Part shown: positions 1 through 11,500 of the stretch, piece by piece
Layout of the letters: every line of letters starts with the position of its first letter
How positions within the stretch are numbered: position 1 is the stretch's first letter
NCBI GenBank assembly: GCA_002633005.1
Contig: NMRA01000185.1
Coordinates: 403,921 to 467,920 of the forward strand
Reading direction: 5' to 3'
Length of the DNA stretch: 64,000 nucleotides
Origin: Phoronis australis
Taxonomy: Eukaryota; Animalia; Phoronida
Notes under the pieces: generated by a model
What the model saw: only the letters and a program-made list of their open reading frames with translations
Databases searched by the model: none
Told to the model about the DNA's origin: nothing
Translations under genes and position numbers: made by a program

Positions 1-1939
1 CAAGTAAGTGCAAATTAAAGAGAACCTTTTCAAGCAATGAGTTTGATTTTATGTATTTAAGGATTTTTAAAACTTTTTTTCAATCTACGATTTGTGAGTA
101 CGAATTTTATCAATGTCTTTGGAAATTATTTTAGATATGCAAAAAAAACGTCTATAAGCGTACTTTACTATTTGGGGATCGAATTATCGAGTTTTTCCAA
201 ATTCAGGCTGCAATTAAATTCATTGAAACATCATCAGTTCTTACAAGATTGGCTTCTAATTGCCAAAAATCATCTATGAATCTATCGATTTTCGTAGATA
301 CATAAACAAGTAAATCAGAAACCAGCGAATTTGTTTTTAAAAACGAGACGTTGTAAGCAATTTCCAGGGGGAATATGGGAGATGGGGCATTCGTATTAAG
401 GTGTATTTTTGCTCATTACAGAGGCACCTATAACGGTTCAGGAGGTAAACTAACTCCATTGACAAAAAAACGCTGAATTTTTTGAGTTTTTTGAGTACCC
501 CCTTTCGACATGTACACGGTCATCACAAATAGTAGCCTACACAGCAGTGTTTTCCACATGTGGGAATTCCTTACAAACAACTCATAGTAACTATCTTCAA
601 AAGAGATACTATTCTTGTGATAATACGGGAAACAATTACATTATTTTATAACTAACCATCGGAAATAGTCCTTTTGTGTAATTCACAAATAGTGGTCTTC
701 ACGTTCTTCAAAATTCTACTCTTTCAATGGCGGCAATCCTATTGTATTTTTCGCATTTTTGGTTGTTCGGGTCGAATGGCTGTCCTGTGCACCAATTTTT
801 TTTTTGATGAATTTGGAATCTCAACTTCCATCGTGAATACTTGGCAGTGTCTAACTTACATGTATAGAGGGACAAACGGCCATTTCCCCCAAACTGCTCC
901 ACCGAGAGAGGGTACCGTCGGAAATGCCGGGGACACCTTAAGATGAAAGGCTAAACATCAATAAGTTTGGAAAAAAGAGTGACAGTGCATTCCACCGTCG
1001 TTTGGTCCCAAAATGATGCAGGGAGTGCCGGACCTCCTTCAATATGAAAGCCGGTTTCACGATTTCACAAAAAAAACAGAAAAATAGAGGTAATCGATTC
1101 CATCATTGGGCCCTCTCTCGGTGAGCGGCCCCTTAAGAATTTGTCAATAAAAAAACAAAAAGGGTGATCACTTGAATGTCATCAATGGCCCCTATGAAAA
1201 TATCTATATTTTCAAATATCAGGAAATGCGCAGCAATTGATGTTATCTGTTAGGTCATCAATTTTCTCAAGTAATATGCAGTTTCTAGAAAAAAATAAAG
1301 TGAAAGTTGTCTCCGTTATCCCTTGGCAGAAAGGGGCACATGGAAAAATATAGTTTTGTATTCGCAAAACTGTGAATTTAAAAATCCAGTAAATTAGTAC
1401 ACTCCACAAAAGCTTAGCTTACCAAATTTTCTCGATTTTTCGAAATATATGTATGATTGATTTCGTGCACTTTTTCAAATGTGTTTAGATGACCTGTGCT
1501 GCAAAAGCCGAGACCCTACCGACGTTGTCCTGGCCAGGGTTCTGAAAAGGTAAACCACGCACTGATGCCAAAGCCTTTGTTAAATGTTCTCTTGAAATTT
1601 CTCTCTTACCCGTATTTCGCAGTCTTCCTTTTCTCGATTGTCCCCAACCCCACGCCTATGTCGGTGTCCACGATTTAACCCTGACGCCTGAAAATTTTTT
1701 GGGGGGGCCCGTGCCCTCCGGCTCCCCCCACCCCCCTCGCTTCCTACGGCCCTGCATTGAGTTGCATGGTGACGCTATGGAATCATATAACGGTGAGGCG
1801 GTGAGGACCATTACAAAACTGATTTTATGAGAGTAAAATTTTCATTAGATTTTGTTTTTCAGCCAAATAAGCAGGAAGAAATGCACCCTTAGTTTTTCCT
1901 GTATGACCCGCTCCCTCATTTTCAACACAGCAGAACAAG

Positions 1940-2111
1940 AAATATTGCACGCCAGGTATCGCTGTCGTCGTGACTTGTGACGTCATTCCTAGACGATCGC
2001 CATTATTTTGGAATTTTGTTTTGTGAACTACTCTCAGAAATTATACGATTTGCTAAGGCGGACGTCACATAATTATATATTGTTGCCGCAGTTTTATAGT
2101 ACTAGCTCAAA
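1940..2111 (+). promoter_or_regulatory. OTUD5 proximal promoter/5'UTR with CRE and YY1-like motifs
   Basis: Full CRE TGACGTCA at 1978-1985, GACGTCAC at about 2061 and CGCCATT at about 1998; locally CpG-rich, just upstream of the ATG. Confidence 0.5.
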
Positions 2112-2528
2112 ATGACTATTTTGCCAAAAAAGAAGTCGCAAAAAGAAAAAAATGAGCCAGAACAAGTGGATCATTCGAAGGTGCACAGTCACAATCCAGC
2201 AGCTGAAACTCGGACAGGTCGCGTAAGGACATCACCCCCACACTGGTCAAGTACTGTCCAAAGGGACGAAAAATTAGCTTCTCACGATCCTGGTGGAAGC
2301 TATGATCCACTCGAAAGCGGCACTAGTCACAACAAGCGAAGACATCGTTCTCCGCAACACAGACGGGAGCGCAAGCAACACCGTCATTCGAGTGCCCATA
2401 TTGCGACCACCTCAAAACACGACTCGAGTTATGACAAGTGTTCCGCCCCCGAACCAGAGGATCCGTTGTCCGGTTACAACAGTGGGGATGAATACGACCC
2501 GCCTGCTTGTCCTGAAAATGTTGAAGAG
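2112..2528 (+). CDS. OTUD5: OTUD5 exon 1 (N-terminus, GYNSGDEY activating phosphosite motif)
   Basis: ATG in aaaATG context; MTILPKKK...GYNSGDEYD...ENVEE; donor GAG|gtgcaa, phase 0. Confidence 0.9.
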
Positions 2529-5500
2529 GTGCAATTTTTGTGTTACCACTCCTGGTTACCAGTGTGGTGGCACACTGATAGTTAATTAGATGAGGGATTG
2601 CAAGCCCAGTGTGGTATTTTTGGGTAGAGTTCAGAAGTGCTAGGACCTCGTTAGAAGAGCAAGACTTCTTGAGATTGCACGAGATATTGCTGTGTATTTT
2701 CAATGAGAGCACGTGATTTTGACCAGATTGTACTCGTTGCAAGACATCTATTGAACTCTACACTCTACAACTCCAAAACTTATGAGTGTAGAACAGTGGA
2801 TTTGGTAGTGTTCTATTTCATGGGCTTCTAGCTTTTCATACAGTTTCAATTCTAGCCCACTGTACTTGTTGCCTGTTTTCAAATTATGTTAGGGCCCATA
2901 TTTGGGAAGATTCAATGTTACTGTTTTGAAAATGTTCGCTTTATTAGAGTGATGTTTCGAAGGGGTACGCTATTAAAGAATGTGATTTTAGAGTACCCAG
3001 AACAGTGCCATAGGGGCTTTTTCAAAACCATTTGTTTCACAATTTCTTGTGTAAGTGATTAAACATACATATTAAGTTAGTGGATAGCTGTTTTGCAGTA
3101 AAATGTGTCCGTGGCAGGAGTGCCTGAGTGCTGTTGGAGTTAAGATATCATGATAATGACTTTTGTGTTTGGTAATAGGTTTTACATTGTATGTCAATAG
3201 TGCGCACTGTTGGTCCTGATAACTTAGTGGATTAGAATGTCTGCACTCTTAGTAGAAAAGTCCCAGGTTCGAACTCCGGTCGGGGTAGACATCTTTTTAG
3301 ACTTTACATGATGTGACCAACATATGACGTTTGTGAAGACTAGTAATTCTTGCTTACATGATATCAACGCTCTGATTTATAATGACACAGTTAAATGTGT
3401 GTGGTATGAACAGGTGGTCTCCGTCCGCTAATTTTAGCTGTTCAAGATCTGCACAGAGATAGTCATTGACGTCATTCTTCATTTCATGAATGCAATTCTT
3501 ATCCAATAAAATTTTTTCTTCTCACATTCGTTACAATTGGTTTGTTGTACTTTTCTCACGAATCACAGTTAAGTAAGGAACTTAGAATCACTGGTCACTA
3601 GAACGTGCAGTACAGAATAAAGTGTGGTTCGTGAAGAAAGAATTGCAAGAAAAGAATTGTTGTGCTTGAGAAAGGAAATTCAGGTCATGATAAAAGAATG
3701 ATTAATAAGAAGTAAACAACAGAATGTACAAGAGAGGGCGTTGTTCTTTACACTAGATTCTCTCTTGTAAATTGTCTCACACTCTATTTTTCACGTGACT
3801 TTTTTCAGTTGGAGGCTCGATTTGAGAAGAGATTGAAAGACAAGTTTGGTTGGATTATCAAGAAAATGGGAACAGATGGTGCTTGCCTGTTCAGGGCCAT
3901 TGGTATGTTATTGGGCTTATGGAATGTTATTGGGCTGATGGTGTGTTATCAGGCCGATGGTATGTCTGGCACCTTGACTGGAGATCATAAGATGCAGATT
4001 TTAGTCTCTCTGCCATGTTAAGTCATGATTGACGTATTGTTATGGGGTTAATGTGGAACTGAATTTTAATGTGCTCTGTGATATCAAACCTATCTTTTTC
4101 TGAACAAGCTCACACCTAAGGAAAAATCCGTAACTCATTTGTGATGCTATGTATGTTTGTTATACGCAACTTTAAATTTTTCTCATAAAAGTCATATTAT
4201 TCCTATTCATTTTGGTTTATAAAGCATAAACCTGAAAGTTTCATATGAATTCGACCAATCATTTCTGAGATACGATGTTCCCTAGTTGCCCAAAATTGGA
4301 ATTTTTCTAGGGTCTTACGTTTACCTTAATTGTGATGGGATGTTACAGTGTAAAGTGCATACTGGCGTCTATATGTTACAGTGTAAAGTGCATACTGGCG
4401 TCTATATGTTACAGTGTAAAGTGCATACTGGCGTCTATATGTTACAGTGTAAAGTGCATACTGGCGTCTATATGTTACAGTGTAAAGTGCATACTGGCGT
4501 CTATATGATGTAGTTTGTCCGATGACAGGTTGATCAGCCAAGTCGTCACACATGACACGAGAATCTGAGGTTATCAGTTGTGTCCTTCGTTTCCCTTGTT
4601 AATTTCACAGCCATTTAGTTTTTACATTAGGTTATAACTAAGCCTGGAAAAAATTGTCAGAGCATTATGTCTCAGAAATGTCTGATCGGATTCAAATGAA
4701 GCATTCAGATACCATGATTTATGCACTGTTCTACAAAACACTGTTATAATTATTTTTGAAAGTATTCCTCTTCTGCATCAGATGCTATTGAAAATGTATT
4801 TTTTTATTTTTTGTGTAAGTAAAAGTTACATGAAACGAAAAAACGAAATACTTTGAATAAGACTGTTTACAGTGTTTTGTGATGTCATCTTGAATAAATG
4901 AATTGAAATAAATTCAGTCACATCATTAATAAATAATGTTACTTGTGTCTCATGATCTAATCCACGACAACTGGGTATTTAATCAAAGTTATATTTTACA
5001 GGCTTTCAGCTTTCAGACTATTTGAAGATCTTAAATTAAATTTTACATTTTCTATGATAGTTGGCAGAATACACTGACTTTCTGATAACGCCACCAATGA
5101 CCGACAAGACAGACATTTTCTTTTAATCCTAGGATAATGTAAATATGATTTTCTATCTACAGCCGATCAAGTTTATGGTGATGAAGAAATGCACTCGGTG
5201 GTCAGAGGTCACTGTGTCGATTATATGGTATGTATGTCTTTATCTAATTAAAGTCAAAATATACCAACTAGTTGCTTCATCTAGTGTTCGGCTGCAATAC
5301 CAGTCATTTCCAGTCGTATTGCTTTCCTCATGTAAAATTTGTTGAAGCTCATTGGCCTGGAGCGCATCTGTCACTTCTTTCCAAGCTCAGGAAATGCTAA
5401 TCTGAGTAGGGAACATGTCTTAGCCAATTTGTAAATCGTCCAAAGTTTATTTCGGTAGATGGGTTCAGCTTTAAGTCGGAATGTAACCTTTTGTGGTCGA

Positions 5501-8500
5501 CATTGTACGTTTTTCTCACTATTAAGGGTGTTAACCTTAGTCAGGTCCAAAAATGTCAGCTGGTCACCGTAAGCTGTGTTCTTTGGTGTTCTGATTATTT
5601 GGGTCATTGTCGGTAGCAAACTGATTTGTGCAGTGATTTCAAAAACGTTTAAAATGATTCAGTTGTTAGACATGTAGCGTTGCATTGTGCCACATTGTCA
5701 CGCTTATGGTATGAATAAATATTTTGTTAATTTCATTTCACAAAAAATAACTAACACTTTTCTAAATTAAGAGTCATAAACTTGTTCACTCTACGGAACT
5801 CCGTCATTATTTCTCTGTTGAGACTGGTTTTGATCTTTAAGTGTAACTTGCAGGATAATTCTTCATCTCTGATTGCTTGGCCAAATTGGTTAAAAACACA
5901 ACATATAGCAACGATATGAATATTAAGTGGGTTGAAAATTGCCAAATGATTTTAAGAATGAGTTGTAAAAATGAACGGTATCCAGTATGAGCCTGTTAAG
6001 TACATCATTTGTTCAAAGGTCACCTATTTGCAGAATTTTTTGTTTTCTCATTCACAAGTTGTCATTGAATACAATTGCATTTCGTTTAGAATGAATTAAG
6101 TTAATATAGCATTGTCATTTAGTTGCTGCTGTACATAGTTGGAGAGCCAACAGGCACTAGATCACCAGCCTGTCTTAAACTGTGGGTGTTTTTCACTAGG
6201 TAGGCTGAAGATTGGCACTACTATCCCGTGGTTATTTTTTCTGGCACAAAAAAATGTTTCTTTATTCTGTTAGCTGCGAAAGTGTCATGTTTTTTCTGTC
6301 AAGATAATTTACCGTCTTGTAATAAATAAATGTTCAAAATGTAAAATGTTTTTGTTTTTCAGGCCAAAAACCACGACCACTTTGAACCCTACATCACGGA
6401 AGACTTTCACACATACATCAACAGGAAGCGAATGGACAGTTGTCATGGCAACCACATCGAGATGCAAGCTATGGCCGAGATGTACAACAGACCTGTAGAA
6501 GTATACCAGTACTCGTTAAGTAAGGCAAAATATTTAGAATAAAGTTCACTTCTGACCATGCGGCACGAGTCAACACCCCTTTCGTTTAAAAAAATTTGAT
6601 TTAGAGAGTTTACCGTTATGAAATTGGTCTCAAATTATTCCTTAGTTTAATTAGAGGTGATTTCAGGGGCTCGAGAGAACTGATGGTTTGTTATTACTTG
6701 AGACGAGGCTACTAGTTGGCTTGTCACGGCATGTCATTTTAAGCGCTAAACACGGTCTCAAGAAAAAACGAATTGTTAACTCTGTGAGTCCATAAATCAC
6801 TTCTCACCTGAAGAAGGAACATGTTGAGACCAATTGTATTGCGGTAAGCTGTCTAAATTAAAAGTTCACTTCTTTGACAGAACACAGGTTTATACAGCCA
6901 GTTTGAGTGTAATAATAAAGTCGTTGAGATCACCTGTACAACTTAAGTGTTGTAAAACTTGTGCAAGCCGGACATGCGTACGCCGGGTCTTGGCTTAATG
7001 AATTTAATTTCGTGGAACACTGGTTCAAGTTTCACCACTTAGTCCTTCAGATAAGTCGGAGTTTGACTTAGTCCAACGGAATCCAACTGATGCAAGTTTT
7101 ACTGTATATGCGTTCACAAAAATAACCATGCTATAAGTGGAAGGAGCGGGTGGAGAGAAACAAAAAGTATTTAAGCGAAGTGCTGTGACTAAAATTGCAT
7201 TGTAACGATGCAACATTATGACCACTCTCGAGTATAGTACAAACTAAAAATGATGACACATAATTCTGTGCAATGAGCAGGGCCTCAAACAGTAACCATC
7301 TGTCAGTTCTTCAGGGCTTGGAATTCTCTTTTAATGGGATTTCCTCTTTTAGTTTCGATTTCCTCTTATTTGATTTCCAGTTTCCTCTTTTTCGTCTCTT
7401 TTTGTATCTGATTATTTTCACTTTGTTCATGTAAAACCGTATATCTCAGTTAAATTTTACAACACAAAAAGTATTTGTGTCACACATGCACACATTTATT
7501 TGTGGAACGATACATCACCTGAAATTTTTTTCTCTTTTTTGTCGTTCCAAGCCCTGAGCCCGGTCTCCAATCTTTATGCTCAAAATGGAACTCGAAATTA
7601 GGTTTGGCATTTTCTACTCAACTTTTGGGCGAACTCAAGATAAGTGTCTATTATTCTATGCTCGAGTACACAATAACTTACGTAGATAATTTATTGCTCT
7701 TAGTTCAAAGTTTGCAAACCCAATATTAAAGCATTAAGTTTGAGTTTGAACTCGAAATTTCGAGTTTTTACTCGAGTTTGTAGCACGAATATAAGGGTCT
7801 TCAAGGGCAAACTTGAACTAGAAACTCCTATGCATAAACTATAATGTATTCGAGCACAGTCTGATAACCAATAATCTTAAGTTCGCACAAAAGGAGCAGA
7901 GAAATTGCCAAAAATAGTTTCGAGTTTGTTTCGAGTACAAAGATTAGAGACCGGGCCCTGGTTCTTTCCTAGTCCGTAACTCACTTCAAAATCTGGGTAA
8001 GGACCAAGTTGTGACCAGTCTTGAAATGGGTAGTGGTCTAAATCAGAGATGGGCGGGTTTCTTTGACAGAAGGCGGGTTTATGGAAGCTTTAACGTCATA
8101 CAGTACTTTCATTGGTCAATTCATCTCGTTTTAGAACCAATTAATACCTTCCATGGAGCCTATAGAACAGACGACGAGCCAATACGGATCAGTTACCATA
8201 GGAATGTCCACTATAACTCCATACGTGATCCTTATAAGGCAACAGTAGGCGTCGGTCTAGGACTCCCAGGCTACCAACCAGGGGTAAGACTAAATGGTGG
8301 TCAGCTCTGCAATAGTTGGTCTATATGTTGAGGGACAGTGAGTCTGTAACTATTATTGTTGCGAGTGAAACATAAACTACATTGATTTTAATGCAATTTT
8401 GTAGGAGATATTTCACCACTCGACTGGGCGATTCACATAACTGTTACTACTACATTTATATTAAACAAATAAATGCAGAAAAATCAGAACCCCAACTGGG

Positions 8501-11500
8501 TATCGAAGCACAGGTCTCTAGACTGCCGGTCTAGTGCTCTTACCACTGAGCTACTGGGGACTGTGCAATTAGTGTTTGCAGCTATCTGTTGTGTCATCCA
8601 TCCAATGTGCGACATTTCGCCTTTTCGCACGAGATTTGGACAACTATATAGTCAGCCAGTATTGGCCAACGTCAACATCTAATATTTACAAAATCTTATT
8701 AACACATACTGATAAATGTCATGAAGACACAGTGACCAAGTGAATGCTCTTGTGATTTCAATATGCTTGTACATTCTTAACTTTGTTGGATGTGGACACA
8801 AACTTATTAACTGGTGTATCTGTTCTAAGTGAATTCCAGATTACGATCCACTCGAGATTATGTAGGATGCTTGAAAAATGGTCGAATATAGCAAACTTCG
8901 GAATTTTAAAATCGGCGCATAGGTATGCAAAGACTGTCTTTGTTTACGTGTGTGCCGATTTTAAAGTTCGTACTCATATTTTGGCCAAAAACAAATGTGA
9001 TCAAACTTGGGAATATGATGTCTTCAAAATGAATGTTTGAGATACCATGTTTATGCATTGCTTTCCACTATTGAGAATTGTTCTGTAAAATTTTCCACTT
9101 TTGCATGAGGGGTGATCAAAAAATAGGACTGCTATAATTTTTATGAAAAAAGTTGCATAAAACAAAAATGAAATGGTGATTTATGAAACTGTAACAGTGT
9201 TTTTGAGAACATTTATATCGAGAGCAAAAGGTGGTCATGTTATTGATACCATTGTTTTGATATTGATGTGTCTTTCCTTTTTCCTTATTTTACTAAAAAA
9301 GACATGGTCACATAACCAAATAAATACAAGATTGGTACAAAGTCAAAAATCAAATTCTTCAGACTTTTACTGTCAGAAAGTATATGCTTTTAGTGAGTTG
9401 AAATCGACAGTTTTGTAGATGTTTGTCAAAATAAACCGACAAGGTCCTACATAATCTCAAAAGCACAATGTTTGTCTCCACAGTGACAATACTCCTTGTA
9501 GATAGTAACACGTTAATACTACCAACATAAGGTTCATTAATTTTTTGTCAACCTGTATACTGATGCACTTATCATTCGTAGACCTTACTCTGATGCAAGT
9601 GTTCTGCTTATACTTGTACCTGCTCTCCTACCATCATCATACCTTAATACAGCGCTTAGTGGAGTCACTTTCTGAGCAAAAACATGTATTTTAGAGTTCG
9701 TGTTTGCTTGCGTGTGATCTACATTGTGTGCGGCATTACTCGCTATTGTTATAAGTTCTGTGCTTGTGTCTTCCAGCTTGCGGATCTTAACTTGATGAGA
9801 GATGCCACAAGACTATCTGAGGAGTGCCACATAGAACAGGCATGTTGTGTTTATGAGTGCGTGAGTCGTGTTGTTTGGCTAGCCTGAATATTGAAGTGGT
9901 GGTTGCCAGATAGCCTGTTTGCTGAAGAGTCTTTAGGCTAAAAATCAGTCTACAATTGACTTACCCTGTTTTAGTGAAATCAGCCTGAGACTGCAATTCG
10001 GAAAGTCTGTGTAGAACCGGGAAGTCAAAAGACAGAAATCTTTATCCTTGGGAGGAGACCGAGTCCATGTATCATAAATTTTGATGGCGGCACACGGGTA
10101 CAATGTTCTTGCTTCAAAAAGATTTTGTAAGCATCAGTGAGGCTTTTGAGAAATGTAGAAGACTGAAAAATCACTAGTTGGCTGTCCGTAGTCTGAAGTA
10201 AAAGACAAAAGCCAATAGGTTCTTCAAGAAGCAGGCCCCAGTTGCTCTAGCACAGGTAGTGCAAACAGTTGCTCTAGTGCAGGTAGTGCAAACAATATTT
10301 ATCCAGGATAACAGTAAATGAGATCCATCTTCATGAGCAATAATGATCATCTGCCAGGTGGTAGTCGTGAATATGTATAAGAAATGTAGATGAACACTGG
10401 TATGAACATTGAAGGGACATGTAGTGTAGTAAATAAATTACTGTTAATATGTGATGGTTGCTCCAGGAATATGGTGATTGGCTGCAAGTGACAGCATGGA
10501 CAAATTTAAACGGTCACAACTTACTTCAGCCTGGTAATTTACGAAGTGTCACTTTCCCCTCAGTTGATACGCCCGTTTAACTGTTGATGTGAATAGAAGT
10601 GAAGTCGAGGATGAAGTAATTATAATCTACGCGCTTGAATGATCTGGTTCACGGATATTTTGCTTTAAAAATGTTTGCACGCAGTGATTTCCAGTCACTA
10701 GGTGGACAGTCGGGTGACTGGCGGTATTTCAGTATTTCACCTGGGGTGGGGGGGGGGGNGGATTGTGGTTTAAGAGCCCTGTTTCTGTCATTTGACAACC
10801 CAGCTGTGTTGTTAAATATGCTGTTAACTTAAACTTGGACGAATACTCCCAAGACAAGTGGGGTTTGTTTTAATTTACAAGACGGTTCATTACTATGTGT
10901 TATTACACAATACGCTGCTAATCCAAATTGTTTCTCAAAATGTTTCCTCGTGTAATTGCACTACAGCCTCAAATTTCGTGTTAAGCTAAACAAAGTTTAT
11001 TTTAAGGAGCTTTTTTCACCAAGTGCCATTTCAATAAAATATAAATTTCAAAAACTGAAAATTCAAAGACATCGGTTTCAAGGCATATTTCAAGGCATAC
11101 CTCTTCTATTTCAAACCATGTGACTTGTGGGGGGGGGTAACTCCTTTATTTCAGACCATGTTACTTATTGGTAATTCTTCTATTTCAAACATGTTACTGA
11201 GGATGTTACTCTACTATTTCAAACCGTGTAACTCGGGATAACTCTACTATTTCAGACCATGTTACAAGACAAGTTACGCGAGACTGATTGGGAGGTAACT
11301 CAAGAGTCATTAATGGAGCAGGTCGCCAGAGACTCCTACCTGCAATGGTTGAAAGACAATGACAAGAGGTGTCGTGAGAGTAGTTCAGTAAGTATGGCTG
11401 GCCTGGTAGTGCCATCTGTCTAAAGCAGTGTAGTGGTTATAGAAGGCTGTCTGTGGTGTCGTGAGTGTAAGTAGGAGGTGGCCTAGTAGTGCCATCTGTT

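Noticed and set aside
4286-4553. ORFs with repeated [11 protein letters not shown] / CRISPR-like periodicity
   Set aside because: Perfect head-to-tail 33-bp minisatellite with no spacers, inside a eukaryotic intron.
8490-8560. Functional tRNA gene
   Set aside because: T arm and acceptor stem are broken; treated as a SINE head or pseudogene.
10745-10762. G-run with an N as a possible G-quadruplex
   Set aside because: Homopolymer with an ambiguous base call (similar at 29105); probably an assembly uncertainty.
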